Positions 48,836-58,359 are shown, counted from the first letter of the stretch. The stretch is 58,650 nt of DNA from Desulfobacterales bacterium (GCA_046481705.1 JAWOJK010000331.1:1-58650); one strand, 5' to 3'. Numbers and translations: made by a program. Notes: generated by a model not told the origin, from the letters alone.

Positions 48836-50788
48836 TCAGCCCAGCACGTCGCGGATTTTTTTAGAGATTTGTTCCATGCTGAAGGGTTTCTGGACGAAGC
48901 CGCGGCAGCCGCGGCCGAGGATTTTTTCGGCATCTCCCCGCAGGCTGTAGCCGCTGGACAACAGCACCTTCACGTCGGCATCGATTTTCTTGATGTGGTC
49001 AAAAGTGGTGCCGCCGTCCATATCGGGCATGATCATGTCCAGAATCAGCAAGTCGATGTTCTGGCGATGCTGGGTGAAGACCGCGATGGCTTCGGCGCCG
49101 CTGCGGGCAGTGAGGACGTTATAGCCCATGAGACCTAGCATCTGACGGGTGACTTTGATCACCTGATCCTCGTCATCCACGATGAGAACCGTTTCGCGGC
49201 CGTGGACCAGATTCGTGGGCGCCGCCGCGGCATCGTTGGCGGGGCGTTTGCGGGTGGCGGGCAGGTAGATGACAAAAGTGGTGCCGATGCCCTCTTTGCT
49301 GAACACCTGGATGATGCCCCCGTGGTTTTTGACGATGCCGTAAGCCGAGGCCAGCCCCAATCCGGTCCCGCGGCCGCGCTCCTTGGTCGTGAAGAAGGGC
49401 TCGAAAATGCGGTGGCGGATGCGGCGATCGATGCCGCTGCCGGTATCGCTGACCGTAATTTTGACATAGTTGCCGGGTTTCAGGGGCAGATTGGCGTGGC
49501 GATCGCCGGTGACCTTGGCATTGGTGGTTTTAAGAATCAGGTCGCCGCCAGCGGGCATGGATTGCCAGGCGTTGACAAAGAGGTTGATCATCACCTGTTT
49601 GAGTTGGCCGGGGTCCGCCTCCACCGCCCAGGTGCTCTCCTGGAAGCGGGTATAGATCGTGATCTCCTTTTTGGTGCGGCCGAACATGGCGGCGGATTTC
49701 GCGATCAGGCCGACCGGATCGATGACCGTCACATCGAACTTACCGCCCCGTGCAAAGCCCAACAGCTGCCGGGTCAGCTCCGCCCCGTTCTGCACATGCT
49801 CCTCGATATTGATCACCTTCTCGTAGCTCGGGTGGCCGTCATCCAGGCTCATCAGGGCCAGGGAGGCGTATCCCTGGATGCCCATCAGAATATTGTTGAA
49901 GTCGTGGGCGATCCCGCCGGCCAGGGTGCCGATGGCTTCCATCTTCTGGGCATGCCGCAGTTGGAATTCCAGCTGCTTGCGGTAGCTGATATCCCGGGCG
50001 ACGCCGTAGGTCCCGGGGACATCGCTGCAGTCGTTGCAGAACGGCAGTTCGAAGAAATTGTCCTGGGCCAGCTGGGTGACGGTATGCTTGACTTCACATT
50101 CCAGAAAATGGTCAGCGTCGGCGGCGGTCAGCAGGCGGATTTCGATGCCGGCTGCGACCCGCTCCCCGCTGCGTCGGTCGCTGAAAAGCCATTGCGCCCT
50201 TTCACGATCCGAAGGGTGCACGATCGTCATGAAGTCCTTGCCGGCGATTGCCTTGCACCCATAGCCCAGCAGGCGTTCAAAGGCGTCATTGACGAAGATG
50301 AATCGCATCTGGCGGTCAAGGCTGTAGATCATGTCGGGAGAGTTTTGGACCATGAAGCGGTAGCATTTTTCGGATGATTCCAGGCGCTTCTGGATGCGGA
50401 GGTTCTCGATCTTGAGGCGCTGGTGGTCCAGGGCGTTTTTGACCGACTTGGCCAGATCTGCGGATTCGAAGGGTTTTTTGATGTAATCATAGGCGCCGTT
50501 TTTAAGGGCGCTGAGGGCGGAGTCGACCGATACGTTGCCGGTCATCATGATTACCGGCGCCTGGGGGAAGCGCCGGCTGATTTCCGCCAGCAGCGCCATT
50601 CCGCCCATCAGCGGCATGCCGATATCCACCAGAAAAAGGTCGCAGCGGGTCGCGGCCGCCAATTCAAGCGCATCCGCAGCGCTGCCCGTTGTGCTGACCG
50701 TGTAGCCTTCCTGCTCCAGCAACAATTTCAAGCTTTTACACATCAAGGGTTCATCGTCGACGACAACAACGTGGGGGGCGCTGACCAT
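48836..50788 (-). CDS. Hybrid sensor histidine kinase (REC-PAS-HisKA-HATPase-REC)
   Basis: AAGGAG RBS. N-terminal REC VVVVDDEP...DLFLVDIGMP, a PAS region, the H-box IAHDFNNIL, the G-boxes DTGSGI and GTGLGL, and a C-terminal REC VLIVDDE...LLILDMIMPDMDG. Confidence 0.85.
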   Translation of the reverse strand: MVSAPHVVVVDDEPLMCKSLKLLLEQEGYTVSTTGSAADALELAAATRCDLFLVDIGMPLMGGMALLAEISRRFPQAPVIMMTGNVSVDSALSALKNGAYDYIKKPFESADLAKSVKNALDHQRLKIENLRIQKRLESSEKCYRFMVQNSPDMIYSLDRQMRFIFVNDAFERLLGYGCKAIAGKDFMTIVHPSDRERAQWLFSDRRSGERVAAGIEIRLLTAADADHFLECEVKHTVTQLAQDNFFELPFCNDCSDVPGTYGVARDISYRKQLEFQLRHAQKMEAIGTLAGGIAHDFNNILMGIQGYASLALMSLDDGHPSYEKVINIEEHVQNGAELTRQLLGFARGGKFDVTVIDPVGLIAKSAAMFGRTKKEITIYTRFQESTWAVEADPGQLKQVMINLFVNAWQSMPAGGDLILKTTNAKVTGDRHANLPLKPGNYVKITVSDTGSGIDRRIRHRIFEPFFTTKERGRGTGLGLASAYGIVKNHGGIIQVFSKEGIGTTFVIYLPATRKRPANDAAAAPTNLVHGRETVLIVDDEDQVIKVTRQMLGLMGYNVLTARSGAEAIAVFTQHRQNIDLLILDMIMPDMDGGTTFDHIKKIDADVKVLLSSGYSLRGDAEKILGRGCRGFVQKPFSMEQISKKIRDVLG

Positions 50789-50970
50789 GAAAGTCTCCTT
50801 GAAACACCTCGTCGGCGCGCTGTCCGCAGATGTTCAGATCGGCCCGGCTCCAGAAATGGTACCTTCGCGGCGGCAGCCTTGGGCGGCGATATCCGGCGGC
50901 CCCCGAAAACACGTCGGTCGCCGCGGCTGCCAGGTCCCGTCTGTCCCCTTAACAGACTTCACCCGGCAAC

Positions 50971-51957
50971 TCAAGCGCCCCGTGGCGCGGACTGCTTGAC
51001 GTCATCCGCTGGCCCAGGTTGAAGTATCCGGACCATGGTGGCCGCGTCGATGTTGCCGCCGCTCAGGACAATGCCGGTGGGACCCCGGGGCCTGACAACG
51101 CCGCTCAGCAGGGCCGCGGCGCCCAGGGCGCCGGAGGGCTCCACCACCAGTTTCATCCGGTAAAACAGGAACCGCACAGCCGCCATGATGGCCTCTTCCG
51201 AAACGGTCCGCATATCGTCGACGTGCTTTTGGACGAGCGGGAACGTCAGACGCCCCAGGGACGGCGTGCGCGTGCCGTCGGCAATCGTGGGGGGATTGTG
51301 GACGGTGTGCAGGCGGCCGCTGTGAAAGGAGCGGGTGGCGTCGTCGGCCAGCGCCGGTTCGATGCCCACCACCCGGCAGGCAGGATGGATGCCTTTGGCG
51401 GCGATCGCCGACCCGCTCAGGAGGCCGCCGCCGCCGCAGGGCACGAGCAGCATGTCCAGCCGCTCCAGCGCTTGCAGGAGTTCCAGGGCGGCCGTGCCCT
51501 GTCCGGCAATCACCGCCGGATGGTCAAAGGGCGGAATCAGGGTGCAGCCCTGGGCGACCTCCAGGTGGTGGGCAATTGCCTCGCGGTCGTCGCGGCCGGG
51601 ATCGTAGGCGATGACCCGGGCGCCGTAGCCTTCGGTGGCGGCGCGCTTGATCGCCGGCGCGTCGACCGGCATCACGACGGTGGCGGCGATGCCCAGCAGC
51701 CGCGCGGTCAGGGCGACCGCCTGGGCGTGATTGCCGGAGGAAAAGGTCACCACCCCGCGGGCCTTCTGGGCTGCCGACAACCGGGATATGGCGTTGAAGG
51801 CGCCGCGGAATTTGAAGGACCCGGTGCGCTGGAAGTTTTCGCATTTGAGAAACACCGCCGCCCCCGCCCACTGGTCGAGAGTTCGGCAGGTCATGAGCGG
51901 GGTGAGGTGGGCATGGCCCCGCAGACGCCGGGCGGCCTCCTGGATGTGGGCAAACAT
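50971..51957 (-). CDS. PLP-dependent threonine/serine dehydratase family (serine-racemase or threo-3-hydroxyaspartate-lyase-like)
   Basis: KCENFQRTGSFKFRGA PLP-lysine motif, SSGNHAQA, GGGGL. Confidence 0.8.
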   Translation of the reverse strand: MFAHIQEAARRLRGHAHLTPLMTCRTLDQWAGAAVFLKCENFQRTGSFKFRGAFNAISRLSAAQKARGVVTFSSGNHAQAVALTARLLGIAATVVMPVDAPAIKRAATEGYGARVIAYDPGRDDREAIAHHLEVAQGCTLIPPFDHPAVIAGQGTAALELLQALERLDMLLVPCGGGGLLSGSAIAAKGIHPACRVVGIEPALADDATRSFHSGRLHTVHNPPTIADGTRTPSLGRLTFPLVQKHVDDMRTVSEEAIMAAVRFLFYRMKLVVEPSGALGAAALLSGVVRPRGPTGIVLSGGNIDAATMVRILQPGPADDVKQSAPRGA

Positions 51958-52022
51958 GCCGGTCCTTTCGAGGTTTGGCGTTTGATCCGACCGATCGGCG
52001 GCGGCCGGCTGTTTGGCCGGTT

Positions 52023-52496
52023 TCAGCCGGCTTCTTCACCCGCTGCAACGATGATGTCGAACTCTTGGGCGCTGACCGGCATCACGGACAGCCGGTTGCC
52101 GCGGCGCAACAGGGTCATGTGTTCAAGCCCGGGGAGGCGGCGCAGCTCGGTCAGGGTCAAGGGGCGCTTGAAGCGCGAGGCGAAGCGGATGTCCACCATA
52201 AACCAGATCGGGTTTTGCGGTGTGCTCCTGGGGTCGTAGTGGTCGCTGTGGGGATCCCAGGCGGTATGATCCGGGTAGCCCGCGCGTGCCACCGTGGCCG
52301 TGCCGACCACGGCCGGCTTCAAGCGGCTGTGGTAAAAGAGGACCCCGTCGCCCACCTGCATCTCGTCGCGTATGAAATTGCGGGCCTGGTAGTTGCGAAC
52401 GCCGTCCCAGTGGTCGGTCTGGTCGGTCTGGCGCGCCAGATCCTCGATGGCATACTCGCTGGGTTCCGATTTGAATAGCCAGTAGCGTTTTGCCAT
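52023..52496 (-). CDS. EVE (PUA-like) domain protein
   Basis: MAKRYWLFKSEP....I.DL......WDGVRNYQARNF.RDEM.VGD.VLFYHS. Confidence 0.8.
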   Translation of the reverse strand: MAKRYWLFKSEPSEYAIEDLARQTDQTDHWDGVRNYQARNFIRDEMQVGDGVLFYHSRLKPAVVGTATVARAGYPDHTAWDPHSDHYDPRSTPQNPIWFMVDIRFASRFKRPLTLTELRRLPGLEHMTLLRRGNRLSVMPVSAQEFDIIVAAGEEAG

Positions 52497-52502
52497 ATTG
52501 CC

Positions 52503-53480
52503 TCACTTTTGGGGGTAAGCCCTGCCGCCGCGCGCATCCCGTCGCGCCCTCGGTGGGGTGCTGGCGACTCCCGTCAGGCCGGTCTTGTGCAGCACCGCCT
52601 CGAGATCGTCCTTGAGTTCCTGGCGTTTCTGCAGACCGAAAAGGTGGTGGGCAATCAGCCGGGTTGCCCAGAGGAGAAAAATGAAGAGGCTCAGCGGGAA
52701 GATGATGCAGTCGAAAAGGTAGCCGGCGATCAGCTTGAGGCCCATGACGATCAGGGCCGCGGTCTTCTCCTTGATGGTCGCCGCCAGCCGGTCGATCTGT
52801 TTGCGGGTGTCGTTCCAGCGGGCCAAAAGCCCCTTTTCGCCGGCCGCTTCCTCGGGGAAGAACTCGGCCCGCAGGGCCTCCAGGTCGCTTTCGGCTTCGG
52901 TCAGGACCGGGGCCGTAATGCGCGCCGACAGCATCGCCCCGCCGCTGACCGAAAGCGGCAGCACCACGTAAAAGGCCGCTGTCAGGATGGCCAGCAGCAG
53001 GCTGGCATCCCGCAGGGTCTGATGCAGCCCGGCACAGCGCGGGAGCCACCAGCGCACCGGCAGGGTCATCAGCAGCCCAACCAGGGTCAAGACCAGCAGC
53101 CAGCCGTCCACCAGCCGGACGGCCTCCAGCAGGAAGCGCGTTCCCACCAGAATGACACCGGCGCCCATGACCGTGCGCCAGGCAATGTCGACGAAGTCGT
53201 AGGCCGCCTGGACGATGTCGCCGATTTCAAGACCGAACCCCACGCCCACCTCGGTGCCCTCCACGACCGCGAGCCCCACCTTGAGGCTGGAGAGGACGGC
53301 AAAGGTTTTGAGCGACTGGGCCAAGGCGTCTTCCAGGTAGCGCGCATTGCGGTGCGCAACCGCCTCCAGGCCGCAGGCGTTCATGGCCCGTTCGGCGCTG
53401 CCGCTGACCGCCAGCAGCAGCGCCAGCCCCAGAAACACCAGGGCCGCGGCGCGGGCGATGGGGCGGCGCATCGTGATCAA
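52503..53480 (-). CDS. Uncharacterised multi-pass membrane protein
   Basis: Signal/anchor plus about 5 hydrophobic segments and a central amphipathic soluble loop. The start overlaps the upstream gene's stop by 4 nt (53477-53480). Confidence 0.55.
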   Translation of the reverse strand: MITMRRPIARAAALVFLGLALLLAVSGSAERAMNACGLEAVAHRNARYLEDALAQSLKTFAVLSSLKVGLAVVEGTEVGVGFGLEIGDIVQAAYDFVDIAWRTVMGAGVILVGTRFLLEAVRLVDGWLLVLTLVGLLMTLPVRWWLPRCAGLHQTLRDASLLLAILTAAFYVVLPLSVSGGAMLSARITAPVLTEAESDLEALRAEFFPEEAAGEKGLLARWNDTRKQIDRLAATIKEKTAALIVMGLKLIAGYLFDCIIFPLSLFIFLLWATRLIAHHLFGLQKRQELKDDLEAVLHKTGLTGVASTPPRARRDARGGRAYPQK

Positions 53481-54169
53481 AAGAAAATTTCCGAGCGGAC
53501 CCGGGACGCCGCAAAGCGCCGGTCCACGAGCAGGGTGACGTCGCGGATCATTTCACTGCGTCCGCACAGATAGAAGTCATAGGCCCCGGGTGCCAGGTGC
53601 GCGCCAAGGTAGGCAGTCACCCGTCCCGTGAAGGCGTCCGCGGGCGCCGCGGCGCTTGCCGCTGCCCCGGAAAGACAGGCCACATAGCCTGCTGCGGCCG
53701 CACGCAGCTCCGCCTGATAGTAGAGTCCGGCGGCCTCGCGGGCGCCGTGGAGCAGCGTAAATCCCCGGACGCCCGAACGGGCCATGGCAACGAAAGGCGC
53801 GATGCCGGTCCCGCTGGCCACGAAAACCGCCGGGCGTTCCGACGGCTGAAAGATGAAATAGCCGTGCGGCCCGGAGATATCAAACCAGCTGTGGATGGCG
53901 GCGCGGGCCAGGCGGGGGGTGAAATGGCCGTCCTGCACAATACGCACGCATACCTGCAGTTCGGCGGCGGCCGGGCCGTTTACCAGGGAATAGTCGCGTT
54001 CAGCGGCGGGCTGTTCGAACCGGATGCATTGGCCGGCACGGAAGCTGAAGCCATCCGGGCGGCTGAGGGTAAACTCAAAGGTGCCTTCGTCGAGCCGTCG
54101 GCGTTTGAGCAGCCGGACCGAATACACTTCCGCCGCGCCGTTCGTGGGGGGTGAGACGCCAGAGGTCAT
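53477..54169 (-). CDS. FNR-like FAD/NAD(P)-binding oxidoreductase
   Basis: RAGQCIRF...RDYSLV (RxYS FAD motif) and VASGTGIAPF (NAD(P) motif). Confidence 0.75.
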   Translation of the reverse strand: MTSGVSPPTNGAAEVYSVRLLKRRRLDEGTFEFTLSRPDGFSFRAGQCIRFEQPAAERDYSLVNGPAAAELQVCVRIVQDGHFTPRLARAAIHSWFDISGPHGYFIFQPSERPAVFVASGTGIAPFVAMARSGVRGFTLLHGAREAAGLYYQAELRAAAAGYVACLSGAAASAAAPADAFTGRVTAYLGAHLAPGAYDFYLCGRSEMIRDVTLLVDRRFAASRVRSEIFF

Positions 54170-54735
54170 TTTTTCCAGATGCGCTCGGGGATGCCGGTGA
54201 CATGGTTGAGGTAACGGGCCAGCACGAACAGGTAGTCCGACAGCCGGTTGAGGTAGACCAGGATCCCGCCGAAATAATCCTGCCGGGCGGGGTCCTCGGC
54301 GGTGTCGGCCAGTCCGACCACCCGACGCTCGGCCCGGCGGCAGACGGTGCGGGCGACGTGGGCCCAGGCCGCGGCGGGGTGGCCGCCCGGCAGGATAAAG
54401 CTGCGCAGGGGGGGCAGGCCGGCGTCCAGATGGTCGATGGCGGCTTCGAGAGCCGCGGCGTCCGCCGCCGTCAGGGCTTCGATCTGCGCCAGGGCCGGTG
54501 ACCCTGGTGAGGTGGCCAGCCAGGCGCCGACTTTCATCAGATCGGCCTGCAAGCGGGCGATTTCCGCACCGATCGCGGCAGCCCGGGCGGGCAGGGCGGC
54601 CGCCAGGGCCCCCAGCATGGAGTTGAGTTCGTCCACGTCGCCGTAGGCCTCGATGCGCGCATGGGCCTTGAAGACCCGTTCGCCGCTGAAAAGACTGGTT
54701 CGACCCTGATCACCCCCGCCGGTGTAAATCTTCAT
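54166..54735 (-). CDS. pduO: PduO-type ATP:cob(I)alamin adenosyltransferase
   Basis: MKIYTGGGDQGRTSLFSGERV.K...RIEAYGDVDELNS. Confidence 0.85.
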   Translation of the reverse strand: MKIYTGGGDQGRTSLFSGERVFKAHARIEAYGDVDELNSMLGALAAALPARAAAIGAEIARLQADLMKVGAWLATSPGSPALAQIEALTAADAAALEAAIDHLDAGLPPLRSFILPGGHPAAAWAHVARTVCRRAERRVVGLADTAEDPARQDYFGGILVYLNRLSDYLFVLARYLNHVTGIPERIWKK

Positions 54736-54871
54736 GCGTCATCCCGTTGGATTCTCTTTATGGTTTGCGGCTGCAAGCAGCCGGCTGTGGCCGGCGAATA
54801 GGGGCGTGCTCCGTTATCCCGCCCCCTTTTTTGCGGACCTTCGAGGTTTTAAAAGCAAGCGCCCGGCGCCG

Positions 54872-56515
54872 TCAACTGAAATCTTGGCGCCGCTCGCCGG
54901 GTGGGCAAATCCGGAGGCCCGGAAGGACCTCTGCAAACCCTTCGGCCAGGGCGCGCTCGACGGGGTGCGCGTAGATCTCGCCGTCGGGGGTAACCCCCCG
55001 GAGACAGCCATCGTAAAGGAACCAGGCGGCCACCCGGCGCCCCAGTTCCCACCGGTCGGTGCCCGGCGGCAGGCCGCCTTCAACTCGGGCGGGCGGCGGC
55101 AGGGGCTGTCCTGCCGCCGCCAGGGCTTTGAGGAAGTTGAGCAGGCGGCCTAAACGAAGCAGGGTAACGCCTTCGAGGCGGGTGGTGGTGGCCGAAAGGG
55201 GCAGGGCGGTGGCGCGAAAAAGCGACGGGTGGGCCGGCAGCAGGCCCCTCTCCCGGCAGCGCAGATAGTCCAGGCTGCCGGGAGAAGGGTAAAAGAGCGA
55301 AACCCCGGCCAGAACCCGGCGCTCGGCCAGGTAGCAGAGGTCGGCCAGGCTGTCTTGGGCCCGTTGGCCGGGCGCGCCCACGATGATGTAGCCCACGGCC
55401 TCGAGACGGTTGGCGGCGGCCAGCAAGAGGGCGCTGTCAAAGGCGCGGCGCACATCCGGGCGGCGAAAGCGCGCCAGCTGCCGGCGGTCGGTGGTGGCCA
55501 GGGCCAGGTTGAGCGCCCGGAAGCCGGCTGCGCCCATCGCCGCCACCATTTCGGCGTCCAGCGAAGGCGGGAAAAGGCCGTTCATGGCCCGCAGCTCCAG
55601 ACCCTGCCGGCCGAAGCGGGCCTGGATGCCAGCCAGCAGGGCCATCAACCAGGGTTTGTCCTGGGCCAGGTTTTCATCCTCGAAGTCGATGAAACCGGCA
55701 TCGTGGGCATTCACCGCCGTGTCGATTTCCGCCAGCACGGATGCCACCGCGCGGCGGCGGTAGGGGACGCCCGAGAAGCGGCTCAGGCTGCAGTAGCTGC
55801 AGGCCATCGGACAGCCCCGGCTGGCCACCACAACGGTGCTGCCGCGCCGGCGGCGGCGGTAGAAACGGTCGTCGATCAGGTCCCGGGCGGGCTGCGGGCA
55901 GCCATCGAGGTCGGCCACCACGGCGGGCGGGCTGACATGCAGGCTGCCGTCGGGTCGGCGAAAGACCACCCCCGGCACGCTTTCCAGGGCGCCACCGGCC
56001 CGCAGGGCGTGCGCCAGCTGCGGCAGCGCAACCTCACCCTCGCCTCGGATCACAAAGTCCACTGACGGGCACGCCATGGCCTCTGCGGGCAGCGCCGTGG
56101 GATGGTGGCCGCCGAGAACCACCCGGCAGCCGGGCAGGAAAAATTTCACGCTGCGGGCGGTTTCCAGGGCCTCATGGCTGTAGGCCGTGAAAAGCGAGGC
56201 GATGCCCACCAGGAAGGCGCCGGATTCGGCGGCCTTGCGGCCGATATGGGCAAAGCTGCAGCCGTAGTGGCGAAAGTGGTGGAAAAGGGCCATGGGGGAA
56301 ACATCGGGCCGGCCGTAGTAGGCAGTCAGGTATCCCATTTCGGGTGGCAGGGGTACGGGCCGGGATTTGCGGGTGGCCAGACCGTCCAGGATCTGCACCG
56401 TGAAGCCCGCCTGGCGGACGGTCGCCGCCAGGGCGGCCAGGCCGTAAGGGACGGTGCGTTTGGCGGTCAGGTAAAAATCGCGGATGGGCGGTTGAATCAG
56501 GAGGATATCGGGCAT
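54872..56515 (-). CDS. B12-binding-domain radical SAM protein
   Basis: N-terminal cobalamin-binding Rossmann region (ILLIQPP...VVLGGHHPT) and the radical SAM cluster RGCPMACSYC. Confidence 0.85.
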   Translation of the reverse strand: MPDILLIQPPIRDFYLTAKRTVPYGLAALAATVRQAGFTVQILDGLATRKSRPVPLPPEMGYLTAYYGRPDVSPMALFHHFRHYGCSFAHIGRKAAESGAFLVGIASLFTAYSHEALETARSVKFFLPGCRVVLGGHHPTALPAEAMACPSVDFVIRGEGEVALPQLAHALRAGGALESVPGVVFRRPDGSLHVSPPAVVADLDGCPQPARDLIDDRFYRRRRRGSTVVVASRGCPMACSYCSLSRFSGVPYRRRAVASVLAEIDTAVNAHDAGFIDFEDENLAQDKPWLMALLAGIQARFGRQGLELRAMNGLFPPSLDAEMVAAMGAAGFRALNLALATTDRRQLARFRRPDVRRAFDSALLLAAANRLEAVGYIIVGAPGQRAQDSLADLCYLAERRVLAGVSLFYPSPGSLDYLRCRERGLLPAHPSLFRATALPLSATTTRLEGVTLLRLGRLLNFLKALAAAGQPLPPPARVEGGLPPGTDRWELGRRVAAWFLYDGCLRGVTPDGEIYAHPVERALAEGFAEVLPGLRICPPGERRQDFS

Positions 56516-56608
56516 GCGGCTTCATTCTGCCGTTGCCGGCAGTTGACAGGTTTGGTCATGGCGCAAGACCCGGCCGGCCCCTTGCGGCGGCCCAGCCGAC
56601 GGTGCGCC

Positions 56609-56812
56609 TCAGACCCGGCCGGCCTGGACCAGGCGGGCGAAATGTTCGAAAGAGCGGTCGAAGGTGGCCTCGGCATCTTTCGGAAAGCAGCAGCCCGGCA
56701 GCTGGCGCATCTTGAGGTGATACTGAAGGCACTCGCAGCAGATGCCCTTGCGGCTGCAGGGGTGGTATGTGCAGTTGCAGTGGTCAAGGTTCTTTTCTTT
56801 TTTGCAGTCCAT
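56609..56812 (-). CDS. Cys-rich 67-aa protein (resembles the DUF6485 pattern)
   Basis: DHCNCTYHPCSRKGICCECLQYHLKMRQLPGCCFP, 10 Cys in total. It lies 93 nt upstream of the B12-rSAM gene on the same strand. Confidence 0.65.
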   Translation of the reverse strand: MDCKKEKNLDHCNCTYHPCSRKGICCECLQYHLKMRQLPGCCFPKDAEATFDRSFEHFARLVQAGRV

Positions 56813-56901
56813 GGGGGGGCTCCAGGGCCGTCCGTGCGCATCGGGCGCGGGTGGCCAGACGGTCTGTTGAGGTGTTTGCCTGAAATGGGGTGGCAGTTGC
56901 G

Positions 56902-56935
56902 GGCCGCCGGGGGCGGCCGGTTTTGTTCTTTTTTA
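56902..56935 (+). terminator. Terminator-like hairpin plus T-tract with no plus-strand gene upstream
   Basis: ggccgcc ggg ggcggcc gg ttttgttctttttt. Confidence 0.35.
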
Positions 56936-57001
56936 GAAGTTTTTGTGGCCGGGGTCAACTGTTTGAGCACAAACTGCCGTCGCCGGTCTTGCGCCCGACC
57001 G

Positions 57002-57234
57002 ATGTGCTCCCCGATCGATGATCGGCGGGTGAAGAGCGCCAGCCTGCCGCCATCATACGACTCACGGCTGGTTCGTGGCGTCTTCGGAGGGCCAGGCATT
57101 CGCCCGTCGCTCACGGAAACCCCCTTCGGCGGCCGGTGCATCGCCTTCGATCGCCAGGAGCTCGACGCCTGGGCCGACGCGTATATTCGTGAGCGAGGGC
57201 GCCCGAGTCGCAAGTCGACGAAAGGAGCAGTTCC
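57002..57234 (+). pseudogene. Possible AlpA/excisionase-like remnant upstream of the integrase
   Basis: The frame translation ...TETPFGGRCIAFDRQELDAWADAYI resembles the C-terminal part of AlpA/MerR-type excisionases. There is no in-frame stop before the frame runs into the integrase CDS. Confidence 0.25.
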
Positions 57235-58359
57235 ATGCGAACTCGGACACCAGGCATCCTCTGCGATCGGTCCGGCGAACGGACGGTCAACAAGCAATAC
57301 AAGGGCGAACGCGTCTTCGCCAGGCTCGGCAAGGTCAGCCAAGACTGCGCCGAAGTCTGGCTCAGGGCGCGGCAGGCCGAGGTCGATGCCAGGCGCGAAC
57401 ACGAACTTCGAGAAGGCGCTGAGCAGCTGTTCGCAGCTGCTGCACAAAAGTACCTGATCGAGTGCAAGCAGCGAGGGGTCCGCACCTTGGACGTCATCTC
57501 GTACCACGTGACCATCCTGCTGCCGTACATCGGCAGCCTGCCTCTGCGGGACGTCTGCAACGACGCCCTGGAGGGCTTCAAGGATGAACGCGCGGCCGAA
57601 GGCGCCAAGAACGCGACGATCAATCGCAGCCTTGAGGTCGTGCGCACGGTGCTCAACCGTGCGACCCGCGTCTGGCGCACCCACGGCAAGCCATGGCTCT
57701 TGTCATCGCCGTTGATCGAGATGCTCGACGAGCGGCAGCAGAGGCGACCGCCCTATCCGATCACCTGGTCGGAGCAGGCGGAGTTGATGAAGCACCTGCC
57801 GGCGCACCTGCAGCGCATGGTGCTCTTCGCGCTCAACTGCGGCGCACGCGACGACAACGTGTGCCGGCTGCAGTGGGCCTGGGAGCGCAAGGTGCCGGAG
57901 TTGGAGCGCAGCGTTTTCGTGATCCCCGCTGCGGAGTTCAAGGGCCAGCGACCCCACGTGCTGATCCTGAACGACGTAGCGACCAAGATCGTCGAAGAGT
58001 GCCGCGGGGACCATGACGAGTTCGTGTTCGTCTGGCGACGGGAGCGCGTGAAGAACATCGAGGACGAACCGGTGATGCCGTACCGGCCGGTCCACACGAT
58101 GAACAACACCGCGTTCCAGAACGCCAGGCGGGCCGCCAAGCTCGAACGGGCCCGCGTGCACGACCTGCGCCACACCTTCGGCCAAAGGCTGCGGGAGGCC
58201 GGCGTGACGGAAGAAGACCGCGCCCTGTTGCTGGGGCACGCCCTGACCGGCATGCCGCAGCACTACGCCACTGCCACGATCGCGCGTCTGGTGGAGGCGG
58301 CCAACAAGGTGCGCGAGACGCGCGACCGAACCACGCTGCTGCGGGTGGTCAACGGATGA
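57235..58359 (+). CDS. int: Tyrosine-type site-specific recombinase (phage/island integrase)
   Basis: AAGGAG RBS. Box I NCGARDDNVCRL, box II HDLRHTFGQRL, LLGH, and catalytic Tyr context QHYATAT. Confidence 0.9.
   Translation: MRTRTPGILCDRSGERTVNKQYKGERVFARLGKVSQDCAEVWLRARQAEVDARREHELREGAEQLFAAAAQKYLIECKQRGVRTLDVISYHVTILLPYIGSLPLRDVCNDALEGFKDERAAEGAKNATINRSLEVVRTVLNRATRVWRTHGKPWLLSSPLIEMLDERQQRRPPYPITWSEQAELMKHLPAHLQRMVLFALNCGARDDNVCRLQWAWERKVPELERSVFVIPAAEFKGQRPHVLILNDVATKIVEECRGDHDEFVFVWRRERVKNIEDEPVMPYRPVHTMNNTAFQNARRAAKLERARVHDLRHTFGQRLREAGVTEEDRALLLGHALTGMPQHYATATIARLVEAANKVRETRDRTTLLRVVNG

Noticed and set aside
54736-54871. Possible cobalamin riboswitch between the B12-rSAM and pduO genes
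   Set aside because: The gap is only 136 nt and I see no B12-box-like core. It holds just one simple hairpin (gcggctgc/gcagccgg). An Rfam scan would settle this, but nothing in the sequence supports a riboswitch.
56609-56812. Cys-rich 67-aa ORF as a RiPP precursor for the B12-rSAM
   Set aside because: I kept this only as a low-weight alternative. From memory, the cysteine pattern matches a widespread small cytoplasmic protein family (DUF6485-like) that occurs without RiPP machinery. No leader/core organisation, protease or exporter is nearby.
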